The notes under the pieces are model-generated. The model saw nothing but the letters and a program-made list of their open reading frames with translations, was not told the origin of the DNA and did no database searches. From NCBI GenBank assembly GCA_022711665.1, contig JAKLEN010000005.1:261-64260 (forward strand): a stretch of 64,000 bases of DNA, given 5' to 3'. Position 1 is the first letter of the stretch, and each line of letters begins with the position of its first letter. This DNA is from Acidobacteriota bacterium (lineage in GTDB: Bacteria; Acidobacteriota; Aminicenantia; Aminicenantales; Saccharicenantaceae). The translations under genes and the position numbers were made by a program. Positions 7,092 through 16,706 of this stretch are shown one piece after another.

Positions 7092-8657
7092 ATGCTGAAA
7101 AACAACCTCCGTTCCGGCATCATCCTTGGCCTTTTCGCATTCCTTGCCGGGCTCGCGGCCGCCTGCTCCAAGGCGCCGGCTGTCGACGAGCCGGCCCACG
7201 GCGAGTCCGTCCTCGACCGCGTCGTCCGCACTGAGCCGGCCCTGGCAACATCCATCCCCGAGACCTCCCGCTGGTGCGACAGGCTCCCGGGCCTGGACAA
7301 GCGCCGGGTCGATGCCGGCGACGCCCGGCTCTACGTCGAGGTCGAAGGCCGGGGGACGCCGATCGTCCTCATCAATGGCGGCCCCGGCGGGACGCACCAC
7401 TATTTCCACCCCTGGTTCTCGCGGCTGAAAAGGTCGGCCCGGGTCGTCTACTACGACCAGCGCGGCTGCGGCCTCTCGGATTTCGCGCCGGGGGAGAAGG
7501 GCTATTCCGTCGAGCAGGCCGTCGAGGACCTCGAGGCCGTCCGCCGGGCGCTCGGCTGCGAGAGATGGGTCGTCCTCGGCTACAGCTACGGCGGCTTCCT
7601 GGCCCAGCTCTACACCGTCCTCCACCCGGAGAGAGTCGCCGGCCTAGTCCTGCTGGGCGCATCGACCGGGCTGCACGTCGATGACGGCCCGTCCCGGGAA
7701 GGGGACTTCATCTCCGAAGCGGAGGAGAGCCGGATGGCCGCGCTTCGCCGCGAGCTCGACGCCTACGCCCAGGCCAACGCGCTGCCGAGGGAGCAGCGGG
7801 TCGCTCTCTCGATCTACAACAATTTCCTCAACGGCGACTGGAAGCGGCAGCACTTCTACCGGCCTTCGCCGGACCGGCTGGCCCAGATGGCCCGCTATGA
7901 ATGGGTGAACGACCAGAGCTTCAACAGCCTCATGGGCCAATCGGAAAGCCGCTGGGATTTCGCCGGGGCGTTCGCGGGAAATCCCATCCCGACCCTGATC
8001 CTCGAAGGCCGCTGGGACCTGACCTGGGGGGAGAAGAAGAAAGACTCGCTCAAGGGCAATCATCCGAACAGCCGCCTGGCCGTTTTCGACAAGGCGGCGC
8101 ACGGCATCTACGACGAAGATCCCGAGGCCTTCTTCCGGACCCTCAAAGATTTCCTCGCGGGTCTCGCCCCGATCGACGAGGCCTCGCTCGCCGGATACAA
8201 GTCCTTCCTGGCCGGATGGGTCGCCGGGATGAAAGCCCGTCCCGGGTTCGCCATCGCCGGCCTGGACTGGGGGCTTGCGTCCAGCCGGGAGCTCGCCGGC
8301 CGGTACTTGCCGGAGTGGCTGGACTCGCTCAGCGATTTCCAGAACTTCCTGCGGACCGGGTTCGCCCTGTATGACGTCGGACGGTACGCCGAGGCGCTGG
8401 CCGTCTTCGAGCGGCTCGAGGCCAAGCTCGGCGGCGAGCCGCCGTTGAAGGGCCTCGGCCTGATCTGGCAGGGGCACATGCTCGATCTCCTGGGCCGGCG
8501 GCCGGAGGCGCTCGGCCGCTACCGGAAGGCCGCGGACCTGGGCCTGGCCATGACCTGGTCGCACTCGCAGTACCGGCTGAAATACGAGATCAGCCCATAC
8601 GCCGGGGAAAGGCTCAAAACGCCCTTTCAACGGATCGAGAACGGTTCGGACGACTGA
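7092..8657 (+). CDS. lipoprotein alpha/beta-hydrolase (proline-iminopeptidase-like) with C-terminal TPR-like helical extension
   Basis: AAGGA precedes the ATG at 7092. The lipobox is LAAACS. An HGGPGG-like oxyanion region is followed by the nucleophile elbow GYSYGG. The ORF-track start at 6885 would overlap the tRNA, so I rejected it. Confidence 0.75.
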   Translation: MLKNNLRSGIILGLFAFLAGLAAACSKAPAVDEPAHGESVLDRVVRTEPALATSIPETSRWCDRLPGLDKRRVDAGDARLYVEVEGRGTPIVLINGGPGGTHHYFHPWFSRLKRSARVVYYDQRGCGLSDFAPGEKGYSVEQAVEDLEAVRRALGCERWVVLGYSYGGFLAQLYTVLHPERVAGLVLLGASTGLHVDDGPSREGDFISEAEESRMAALRRELDAYAQANALPREQRVALSIYNNFLNGDWKRQHFYRPSPDRLAQMARYEWVNDQSFNSLMGQSESRWDFAGAFAGNPIPTLILEGRWDLTWGEKKKDSLKGNHPNSRLAVFDKAAHGIYDEDPEAFFRTLKDFLAGLAPIDEASLAGYKSFLAGWVAGMKARPGFAIAGLDWGLASSRELAGRYLPEWLDSLSDFQNFLRTGFALYDVGRYAEALAVFERLEAKLGGEPPLKGLGLIWQGHMLDLLGRRPEALGRYRKAADLGLAMTWSHSQYRLKYEISPYAGERLKTPFQRIENGSDD

Positions 8658-8765
8658 GTTCCCGCCCCGGGGCATCATCCCTCGAAAGGCGCGCCGCGGG
8701 GCTCTCGGCTTTTCCCGGCCCGTCCGCGATCCCCTTAATCGGGATGATCCCTGGATTCCGGCGCC

Positions 8766-11225
8766 TTGGACGTGCTAACATGGATTCGAAGGGCGGGAAA
8801 CCGGATAAAAAACCGAACGATGGCCTCCGTGGTGGTCGGCCTGTTCATGGTGTCGTTCTCCCTTCTCTCGCTGGAGATCGCCTTTACCAGGGTCCTTTCG
8901 GTCCTGCTGTCGTACCATTATGTCTTCCTCGCGATCTCTCTCGCCTTGATGGGATTGGGGCTGGGAGGGCTTTGGGCTCACTTTGCCGGGCCGCGGGCGG
9001 CGGGCCCGAACGGAGGCTCGAGATCCCTTTCTCTCCAGGCCAGTCTCTATGCCTTCTGCGTCGCCGCCTCGCCGCTCCTGATCATCTTCGTCAGCCGGCA
9101 GGAGAGGATCCGGGACAACGTCCTGATATTCGGCCTGATCCTCTTTTTGCCCTTCCTCCTGGCCGGCAGGGTCGTCGCGGAGGTCTTCCGCGCGTTTTCC
9201 GCCATGAGCGCCCGGCTGTACGGAGCCGATCTGGCCGGGGCGGCCGCCGCCGCGGTCGGGGCGGTCCTGACCCTGAACGCCTTCGGCGGAATGACCGCCG
9301 TTTTCTTTTTAGCCGTGATCGCTTCCGCGGCGGCCCTTCTCTTCGCCCTGGCCGGCCGCGGCGGGAAGAAAGGGCCCGTCCTGCCTCCTCTCGCGGCCCT
9401 GGCGCTCTCGATCGTTCTCCTGGCCGCGGGCTCGAGCGGCCGTTTGGCGGCCGGTCTGGAGGTCGGGGCCAACCCGGCCAAGGAGATCCATGACGTCCTC
9501 TCCAGGCCGGAGTTCAGAGGGAAGATCGTCGAATCCAGGTGGAGCGCTTTCGGGCGGACCGATCTCGTCGAGTTCGAAGGCTACCCCGATCAGATGGAGA
9601 TCTATCTGGACGGCACCGCCGGGACGCCGATGTACCGGTTCTCAGGATCGGCGGCTGACCCCGATCCGGCTGTCCGCAGGCTTCGGACCTCGTTTTCGGG
9701 GTACTTTCCCTTCCTCTTCCTGAAGGAGAACGAGCGGGACGACGGCCTGATCATCGGGCCGGGAGGAGGCCGGGATATCCTCGTGATGCTCCTGGGTGGA
9801 GTGAAGAGGATCACGGCCGTCGAGGTGAACGGCGATCTCGTGGATATCGTCCGCGGCCAGGCCCGGTACAACGGCGGCATCTATTCCGGCCTGGCGAATG
9901 TCCGGATCGCCGTCGACGATGGAAGGAGCTTCCTGAAGCGTCAGAGAGGCCGGTACGACCTGATCATGCTCAGTCTCCCCGTCACCGCCACCAGCCGGAG
10001 CCTCGAAGGGTTCGCCCTGACCGAGAACTATCTCTTCACCGCGGATTCCATCAAGGACTACGTCGGCCATCTGACCGACGAAGGGCGCCTGATCGTCGTC
10101 TGCCACGGCGATGCCGAAGTCTCGCGGCTCCTGATCCTCGCGCTCTCGGCGCTTAAAGATACGGCCATCGGCCAGGCGGAAGCGATGACGCGCATCTGCG
10201 TCCTGGGCTCGGAGAAATACCCCGTCTTCGTCCTGAAGAAGACGCCCTTCGATCCGGAGGTCGCGTCCTCCATGGCCGATTCCCTCGGATCTTTCGGGGT
10301 CCGCCTGGACGCGTCCTATTTTCCCTACATCGGAAAAGAGGAGACGCGGAGATCCATGCTCACGGCCCTGGGCGACGGCCGGCTGAGCCCGCAGGGTTTC
10401 GAGGAAAAGATCCGCGCCCTCGGCTATGACGTCGGTCCGGTGTCGGACGACCGGCCTTTCTTTTACAAGCTCGAGCCGGGGCTGCCGAAGGCCGTCTCGC
10501 GGGGGCTCTGGATCTCCGCTCTCCTGGCGTTCGTCGCCCTGGCCGCGCCGCTCCTGCGCCGCGGAACGGGGCGGGACCCTGCGCCGCGGGATCCCCGGTT
10601 CATCGTCCTGTTCTCGCTGCTCGGCCTGGGGTTCATGCTGGTCGAGATCTCCCTGATCCAGAGATTCGTGCTTTTTCTCGGGCGGCCCGTTCTCTCGATC
10701 TCGGTCATCCTGTTTGCGCTCCTGGCGGGCGCCGCGGCGGGCAGCCTGCGCAGCGGCAGGGTCGCGGCGGGCCGCTTGACCGCAAGCCTGGCCCGGGCCT
10801 CGCTCGCCGTCTTCGCGGTCATCCTGGTCTTCAGCGCCGCTCTGCCTCCGGTCCTCGGGCACGTCCTGGGATCGAGCCTGCCGCTTCGCCTGATCATGAC
10901 CGCCGTCCTTCTCGTCCCCTTGGGTTTCTTCATGGGTTTCCCTTTTCCCCTGGCCCTCAGGGCGCTGGAGGCGAAGAACGCCGGGGATCTCATCCCCTGG
11001 ATGTGGGGATTGAACGGCGTCTGCTCCGTCCTCGGCTCGACGGCGGCCGTGGCCATCGGCATCCTGGCGGGATTCAGCCGGGCCTTCCTCGCCGGGGGAT
11101 TCTGCTATCTCGCGGCCTTCGCGTTGTTCGCCGTATCCCGGCCGGCGCCCGCCCGGCCGGCCCGTAGCGGACTCTTGGGAGCGGAGGTCAGGATCACGGC
11201 CGAGGGCTCGAGGCCGGGATCCTGA
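8766..11225 (+). CDS. polytopic membrane protein with a central spermidine-synthase-like (PABS/aminopropyltransferase-like) domain
   Basis: It has more than 10 TM helices and the signature GPGGGRDILVMLLGGVKRITAVEVNGDLVD...DLIMLSLP. The true start may be the ATG at 8820. The last ~30 codons and the stop are encoded by repeat copy 2. Confidence 0.7.
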   Translation: MDVLTWIRRAGNRIKNRTMASVVVGLFMVSFSLLSLEIAFTRVLSVLLSYHYVFLAISLALMGLGLGGLWAHFAGPRAAGPNGGSRSLSLQASLYAFCVAASPLLIIFVSRQERIRDNVLIFGLILFLPFLLAGRVVAEVFRAFSAMSARLYGADLAGAAAAAVGAVLTLNAFGGMTAVFFLAVIASAAALLFALAGRGGKKGPVLPPLAALALSIVLLAAGSSGRLAAGLEVGANPAKEIHDVLSRPEFRGKIVESRWSAFGRTDLVEFEGYPDQMEIYLDGTAGTPMYRFSGSAADPDPAVRRLRTSFSGYFPFLFLKENERDDGLIIGPGGGRDILVMLLGGVKRITAVEVNGDLVDIVRGQARYNGGIYSGLANVRIAVDDGRSFLKRQRGRYDLIMLSLPVTATSRSLEGFALTENYLFTADSIKDYVGHLTDEGRLIVVCHGDAEVSRLLILALSALKDTAIGQAEAMTRICVLGSEKYPVFVLKKTPFDPEVASSMADSLGSFGVRLDASYFPYIGKEETRRSMLTALGDGRLSPQGFEEKIRALGYDVGPVSDDRPFFYKLEPGLPKAVSRGLWISALLAFVALAAPLLRRGTGRDPAPRDPRFIVLFSLLGLGFMLVEISLIQRFVLFLGRPVLSISVILFALLAGAAAGSLRSGRVAAGRLTASLARASLAVFAVILVFSAALPPVLGHVLGSSLPLRLIMTAVLLVPLGFFMGFPFPLALRALEAKNAGDLIPWMWGLNGVCSVLGSTAAVAIGILAGFSRAFLAGGFCYLAAFALFAVSRPAPARPARSGLLGAEVRITAEGSRPGS

Positions 11226-11412
11226 GAAATATCTGAAGAAAGCGCTTTCTTCCGATATTTCCCAGAAGCATGGCTCCGAGCGGCTCCGCCATGCTTCTGA
11301 TGGTCGCTTCGAGGACTCCGCTCCCTGCCGGCCCCCCTCTCCAGCGACGGGGACCTTCGAGGCAACGCCCATCGCCGCCGCGAGAGGTAATCCCGGAGAC
11401 GGGAGAAGAACC
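11135..11412. mobile_element. MITE-like structured repeat, copy 2 (5'-truncated and overlapping the 3' end of the upstream CDS)
   Basis: It aligns with copies 1 and 3 from CCGGCCGGCGC...GTAGCGGACTCTTGGGAGCGG through the right TIR ...TCCCGGAGACGGGAGAAGAACC. Confidence 0.7.
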
Positions 11413-11414
11413 AT

Positions 11415-11447
11415 AAAAAAAAAGAGGGAGGGGGCGGCCCCTCCCTC
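11415..11447 (-). terminator. Rho-independent terminator of the minus-strand TonB-dependent receptor gene, with a possible bidirectional role
   Basis: The plus strand reads A9 then GAGGGAGGGGG-cggcc-CCTCCCTC. On the minus strand this is a GC-rich hairpin followed by T9. Confidence 0.65.
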
Positions 11448-11462
11448 GGTTCACGAGCCGGT

Positions 11463-14400
11463 CTAGAAGCTGTAGCGGAAGGACAGCCTGATGCGCCGGG
11501 TCAGCTGAGAGATGCTGTAGATCTTCTTGTAGGTCCCGCTGATGGTGTACGTTCCCGTGCTGACGTTGTTGTCCGTCGGCTGCCATGTTCCCGCGGGGTC
11601 CTGGTAGAGATTGTAGTAGTGATTGCCGAGCACGTTGAAGACATCGGCGAAAAAGGCGATGGTGCCGTAATGCTTCAGGGTGAACGACTTCTCCAGCCGG
11701 ATGTCCAGGTTCTGCCAGCCGTAATATCTTCTGGCGCCGTTGATCTCGAGCGAGACGGTCTGTTCGCCGCCGGAGACGATGACGTTGTTGGCCGCCGCCC
11801 AATCCTCGGGCGGGACGACGGTCACGGTCCTGGCCCAGGGGGTCCCGCTGGCATACTGGTAGTTGAAGGAAGCCAGGATCCCCAGGGGGATGTCGAACGA
11901 GCCGAAGAGCTTGATGACCACCGGCCTGTCCTCGCTCGTCCGCCCGCCCGAATTGACGAACCAGTTGGCATTGTCCCCGACGGATGTCGTGGCGTGGATG
12001 TCCCCATAGCCGCCCTGTATGTTGCCCCACGTCTTGGACAGGTTGAGGGAACCGCCCAATTGCCAACCATTGGCCCGGCGCTTCTCGAAGGTCAGCTCGA
12101 CCCCGGAGTATTTTCGAAAGGCCTCGGGGACGTTGGCGACCCGTTCGATCCAGTTGCCGGGGGAATCGTTGCTCTGGAAGTACATGGTGACCGTCGTCGC
12201 CGGGAAGGTCGTCCCGACCGCGGGGACCGTGGTTGTGAAGGGCACCCAATAGCCGTCGCCGGGCGACGTGGCCGGATTGTACCAGTACCTCCCCGTATCG
12301 AGGTCGTACAGGACGTCGTCGATGATGTTCTTCTTGTACTTGTAGATGTAGCTCAGCCCGACCCTGAAGCTTTTGAACAGCTCGTGGTCGATCCCGGCGG
12401 AGAACTGGTTGTCATAAGGCGACTTGATGCCCGGCGCGACGCCCGTGATCCAGTTTTCCCTCAGCATGCCTCCGGGATTGCCCCAGCTCCAGTACATCTC
12501 GTATTGGTCTCCGCCTTCGCCCGGCGCGCTGGGCAGCCTGTCCCCGTTGTCGTCCCACCAGGCGAAATAGTACGTGTTCCAGCGTAGAGGGTGGATCCTT
12601 TCGAAGATGGACACCCAGATGTTGTCGCTGTACATCCCGTAATGCAGCTTGAGGGCCGTTTTCCCGTTGCCGAAAAGGTCGTAGGTCAGCCCGATCCTGG
12701 GCGTGATGATGTCCCACTTGATGATGTTCTTGACGCCCTCCATGTCGAACTCGGCGTAGGGATTGAAGCCGTCCAGGTACGGCGCGATGTACGTTTCTCC
12801 AAGCGCAAAGGCGATGCCGCCGGTCTGGTCATGATGGATGTCCGGGAGCCAGCCGCGGACGTTGTCATAGCGGGCCCCGAAATTGATGGTCAGCCTTTTC
12901 TTGATTGTGAAGGAATCCTGGATATAGCCCCCGACCCTCAGGAAATTCCCCTGCGCCATGTATCCTTTCTTTTCGGGCGTGTACATGTTCACGCCGATGA
13001 AGCTGTCTCCCCAATAGTTCGTGCCGTAGACCTGATCATAGTAATAGGGGCTGCCGTCGTACCAGTACATCTCGACCGGCTGGTTCTTCCAGATCGCCCA
13101 GCTGTCGGCCCCGCCCTGGATCTCGATCCCCGCCTTGGCCTCGTGGTCGCCGCCGAGGACGTTGTCCAGGAAGCGAATGACATGGGCCGAGGCCTGCCAC
13201 GAGGGCCGTCCGGTCCACTCATTGACCCCGCGGTAGCCGGTCCCGAAGTATTCCCCCGTATAATAATCGTAATTGTAATAGGTGTCGGTCAGCTCCGGAC
13301 GGGTCAGGAGGATCGTGGCGTCGACGTTAGTGTATCCCCCTCTGAGCTCCAGGATGGTATTCTTATCGATGAGCCAGTTCATCGCTCCCGTTAAGGCGTA
13401 GTTGGCCCACGGATCGTCCTTCTGGCTGACCTCAAAGGGGATATTCCAGCCCAGGCCTCCGTTCGCTCCGGCGTTGTCGAAGGCCTTCTGGACGTTCCCC
13501 ATCAGCGCGAATCGTATGGATTTCGACAGCTGGAAGGTGAGCTTCAGGAAGGTTGCCCAGTTCCAGTTCTTCTGATCGTAGGTATCATAGAACGTCCCGT
13601 AGGGGTCCGTGAAGGGGACGAAGGCCGTGCCGTACTTGTTGCGGGCATAGCGGGCGCTGGCGTAGAACCAGAGCCTGTCCTTCAGGATCGGCCCGCCGAG
13701 ACCCAGGATGCCCTGCCAATCATAGACCGGGGCGTTCGGCTTGGCCAGCCCCAACGCCGAGAGCTGATCCAGGGGCAGCACGGACCGGGTCATGTGCTTG
13801 TCGGTATAAAAGCCCTGGACGACGCCGGAAAACCTGTTACCGCCGGATTTGGTGATGACGTTGATGAAGCCCCCGGAGGTCGTACCGACCTCGGCCGGCA
13901 TCCCTCCGGTCATGATCTCCACTTCTTCCATCAGGTTGAATTCGATGGGGATGTTCAATTGCTGCTGGCAGGGGTCATTGGCGTTGAGGCCGTCGATCTG
14001 ATAGGTGTTGCCGCCCGCGGTGGAGCCCTTCACGTTGGTCGAGTCGACCGTGCCGGGCGTCAGGGCGATGATGCTCGCCAGGTTGCGGCCGATGGGCAGG
14101 TTCTGAAGAAGGTCGGCCTTCATGATGATCTCCGTCTTGGAGGCCTTCACGTCCACGGCGGGCGCCGCGCCCACGACCGTGACCTCTTCCTCGAGCCTGG
14201 TATCGGGCAAGGCGAAGTTGAGGGTGACGGTCAGGCCCAGCCGGACGTCGATCTTTTCCTGCCGGATCGTCTGGAACCCCTTCAGCTCGGCCACCAGGGT
14301 ATATTCCCCGGGTGGAAGGAGGACGAACCTGAATGCCCCGTCCTGCCTGGTCACATCCGTCGCTTTGCCCATCAGGGCCGGACTTGTCAGGGTGATGCTG

Positions 14401-14540
14401 ACCCCCGGGATCGGGGCCTTATCCTTGTCCGTCACGATGCCCCGGATTGAGCCTGTTTCCCGGCTCGAGATCTGAGCCGTTGCCAGGAGAGCCAAGGAGA
14501 AAAACAAGAGAACCGCCGTCACAGCCTTCAGACTCTTCAT
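11463..14540 (-). CDS. TonB-dependent-receptor-like outer-membrane protein with N-terminal carboxypeptidase-regulatory-like domain
   Basis: The 1025-aa protein has a signal peptide and a Cna-B/CarbopepD_reg-like beta-sandwich (IRGIVTDKDKAPIPGVSITL). A plug-like region follows (TPGTV...GGNTYQIDG), and the protein ends ...RLSFRYSF (terminal aromatic residue). Confidence 0.8.
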   Translation of the reverse strand: MKSLKAVTAVLLFFSLALLATAQISSRETGSIRGIVTDKDKAPIPGVSITLTSPALMGKATDVTRQDGAFRFVLLPPGEYTLVAELKGFQTIRQEKIDVRLGLTVTLNFALPDTRLEEEVTVVGAAPAVDVKASKTEIIMKADLLQNLPIGRNLASIIALTPGTVDSTNVKGSTAGGNTYQIDGLNANDPCQQQLNIPIEFNLMEEVEIMTGGMPAEVGTTSGGFINVITKSGGNRFSGVVQGFYTDKHMTRSVLPLDQLSALGLAKPNAPVYDWQGILGLGGPILKDRLWFYASARYARNKYGTAFVPFTDPYGTFYDTYDQKNWNWATFLKLTFQLSKSIRFALMGNVQKAFDNAGANGGLGWNIPFEVSQKDDPWANYALTGAMNWLIDKNTILELRGGYTNVDATILLTRPELTDTYYNYDYYTGEYFGTGYRGVNEWTGRPSWQASAHVIRFLDNVLGGDHEAKAGIEIQGGADSWAIWKNQPVEMYWYDGSPYYYDQVYGTNYWGDSFIGVNMYTPEKKGYMAQGNFLRVGGYIQDSFTIKKRLTINFGARYDNVRGWLPDIHHDQTGGIAFALGETYIAPYLDGFNPYAEFDMEGVKNIIKWDIITPRIGLTYDLFGNGKTALKLHYGMYSDNIWVSIFERIHPLRWNTYYFAWWDDNGDRLPSAPGEGGDQYEMYWSWGNPGGMLRENWITGVAPGIKSPYDNQFSAGIDHELFKSFRVGLSYIYKYKKNIIDDVLYDLDTGRYWYNPATSPGDGYWVPFTTTVPAVGTTFPATTVTMYFQSNDSPGNWIERVANVPEAFRKYSGVELTFEKRRANGWQLGGSLNLSKTWGNIQGGYGDIHATTSVGDNANWFVNSGGRTSEDRPVVIKLFGSFDIPLGILASFNYQYASGTPWARTVTVVPPEDWAAANNVIVSGGEQTVSLEINGARRYYGWQNLDIRLEKSFTLKHYGTIAFFADVFNVLGNHYYNLYQDPAGTWQPTDNNVSTGTYTISGTYKKIYSISQLTRRIRLSFRYSF

Positions 14541-14735
14541 TCTTTCCCCCTAAACCAAGGATTAAAAAATGAAAGACTTGATCGCCTGATAATGACTGTG
14601 TTGTCCCCCCCGGGCCAACCTTTTAGATTGCTAAAATCAGGCTTATAGAACTGATCCTTTGTCTTGTCAACATTTTTTTGGGGCCCGACTGCCGCTTCCC
14701 CCCGCCGGGCGGCCGAGCGACCGGACGGCCCTCTC

Positions 14736-14906
14736 TCAGGCTTTCAGCTTGGCCAGCAGTCCGCGGACAAGCGCTTCCCGCTCCTTGAGGGTTTCCTTGT
14801 AGTCGAAGGCTTGAGTGTGGTGGAATTCGGAGCGGACCTCGTCCAGTTCCTCCTGCAGGAGCGCCACCAGGAACTCCTGCTCCGGCCGGCTCAGATCGAT
14901 GGCCAT
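14736..14906 (-). CDS. small hypothetical protein (56 aa) upstream of the TonB-dependent receptor gene
   Basis: It falls below the ORF-track size cut-off. The strong Shine-Dalgarno AAGGGAGGGG lies 5 nt before the ATG. The protein is MAIDLSRPEQEFLVALLQEELDEVRSEFHHTQAFDYKETLKEREALVRGLLAKLKA. Its GC3 codon bias is consistent with neighbouring genes. Confidence 0.45.
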   Translation of the reverse strand: MAIDLSRPEQEFLVALLQEELDEVRSEFHHTQAFDYKETLKEREALVRGLLAKLKA

Positions 14907-15139
14907 GATCCCCTCCCTTACCGGGCATTCCCCATGCGGAATATAGGCCGAAGACGGCGGCTTTGCAAGACGGCTGGCGCCGACCCGCGCCCTTCCGTCC
15001 GTTGACCCCGGCTCCGGCCGGTGCTATCATCCGTTCCGTCCGAACGGCGGGGGAGATGGGAGACCTGACCCCCCGGCCGACGGCGGGCCGGGCGAAAGCG
15101 CCGGCCGCGCCGGCGAGGCCCGTTGTCAAGGAGGCTCCC

Positions 15140-16573
15140 ATGTTCAAGCGTCGCATCGTCGTTCTGGCGGCGGCCCTGCTCGCCGCGTCATCCGCGCTCA
15201 CCGCGGCCGAGATCCAGCTGACGGCCCTGACCCTCCAGTCCGGCAAGACCTTCGAGCTCGGCTTCTCCAAGACCAACCGGGCCCCGTCCGGGGCGTCCGT
15301 CAAGGCCGCGGTCGGCTTCGACAACGGGCAGGCTTCGGTCAAGCTGACCTATAAGAAGATGGAGCCGGCCATCCTCTTCGCCGGCGACATCGCCGCCTAT
15401 GTCCTCTGGGCCGTCGTGCCCGACGGCACGGTCGAGAACCTGGGCGAGGTGATCGCCGACAAGAAGAGCGCCTCCGGCTCCGTCCAGGCCTACACCGGCA
15501 AAAAGACGTTCGCCCTGATGGTGACAGCCGAGCCGTTCGCCACGGTCACCCGCCCGACCGAGCTGGTCCTGTTCCTCTCCGGCCAGGTCCAGGGCGTCGG
15601 GGCCGTCAATACGCCGTTCGCGTTCCGGGACTTCAGCGCCGAATACCGGCCGGCCATCCCTTCGATCGCCAGCATCCAGTACAACGATCCCACTCCGGCG
15701 GCCGTCAATCAGGCCCAGAAGGCCCTGGAGATCGCCGGACGGCTCAAGGCCGCCGAGATCAATCCCAAGGCCATGGACGGGGCCCAGATCGCCTTCGGCA
15801 AGGCCATGGCCTCCAAGGACAAGAAGGTCATGGCCGACCAGGCCCGGGTGGCCGTCCAGCTGGCCTCGCAGGCGATCAAGGAGACGATCAAGGCCGCCGA
15901 GGCCAAGGCCGCCGCCGAGGCCGAAGCCAAGCGCCTGGCCGAGCGGGCCGCCCTCGAAGAGCGGGCGGCCACGGCCGAGAACGAGGCGGACCGGATCGCC
16001 CGGGAGCTTCGCGAGGTCAAGGCGCAGCGGGAAGCCCTGGCCAGCGAGTCGGCCGGCCTGGCCAAACAGACCGAAGCCCTGGCCGCCCAGCGCGATTCGC
16101 TAACGGCGGAGCGCGATGCCCTGGCCCGGGACCGCGACGCCATCAAGAAGGAGCGCGACGAGCTGGCCGGCCTGCTGAAAGGCGCCTTGTCCTCGGTCGC
16201 CGAGACGACCGAATCCGCCCGCGGCGTCATCGTCAGCCTCTCCGGCATCCTGTTCGACGTCGGCAAGGCCACGCTCAAACCGGCCTCCCAGCTCACGGTG
16301 GCCAAGCTGGCCGGCATCCTCATGGTCTTTCCCCGCATGGACCTGAGCATCGAGGGCTACACGGACTCGACCGGGTCGGCCGAGCTCAACATGAAGCTGT
16401 CTGTGGACCGGGCCCGCGCGGTCTATGATTTCCTGCTGACCCAGGGCATCTCCAGCAACCGGATGAAGTTCCAGGGCTTCGGCCCCGAGAGCCCGGTCGC
16501 GCCCAACGACACCGAGGCCAACCGGGCCCGCAACCGCCGGGTCGAGGTGGTCCTGACCCAGGCCGCCCGCTAG
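15140..16573 (+). CDS. OmpA-family protein with a long central coiled coil and a C-terminal OmpA-like peptidoglycan-binding domain
   Basis: AAGGAGG precedes the ATG at 15140. A signal peptide is followed by an Ala/Glu/Arg-rich coiled coil. The C-terminal region ...GYTDSTGSAELNMKLSVDRARAV...NRRVEV is the OmpA_C signature. Confidence 0.8.
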   Translation: MFKRRIVVLAAALLAASSALTAAEIQLTALTLQSGKTFELGFSKTNRAPSGASVKAAVGFDNGQASVKLTYKKMEPAILFAGDIAAYVLWAVVPDGTVENLGEVIADKKSASGSVQAYTGKKTFALMVTAEPFATVTRPTELVLFLSGQVQGVGAVNTPFAFRDFSAEYRPAIPSIASIQYNDPTPAAVNQAQKALEIAGRLKAAEINPKAMDGAQIAFGKAMASKDKKVMADQARVAVQLASQAIKETIKAAEAKAAAEAEAKRLAERAALEERAATAENEADRIARELREVKAQREALASESAGLAKQTEALAAQRDSLTAERDALARDRDAIKKERDELAGLLKGALSSVAETTESARGVIVSLSGILFDVGKATLKPASQLTVAKLAGILMVFPRMDLSIEGYTDSTGSAELNMKLSVDRARAVYDFLLTQGISSNRMKFQGFGPESPVAPNDTEANRARNRRVEVVLTQAAR

Positions 16574-16706
16574 CCTGCCGGCGCCGGGCCGCTCCTCCCG
16601 GACCTTTCCCGGGACGGGGGCCCGGCCCCCTTTCCCGCCTTCCCCGGGAACCTTTGCCCCCCGCCCTGCGTCTAAGGGGGATAGAGGTTGTCGTCGAGGA
16701 GGAGCG

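Noticed and set aside
9642-11414. 590-aa minus-strand ORF 9642..11414, plus the 11105..11365 and 11194..12249 ORFs
   Set aside because: They are antisense to the spermidine-synthase-like membrane protein or begin inside repeat copy 2. Their composition is Arg/Gly/Glu/Asp-biased. The 11194..12249 ORF overlaps the 3' end of the TonB-dependent receptor gene on the same strand but out of frame.
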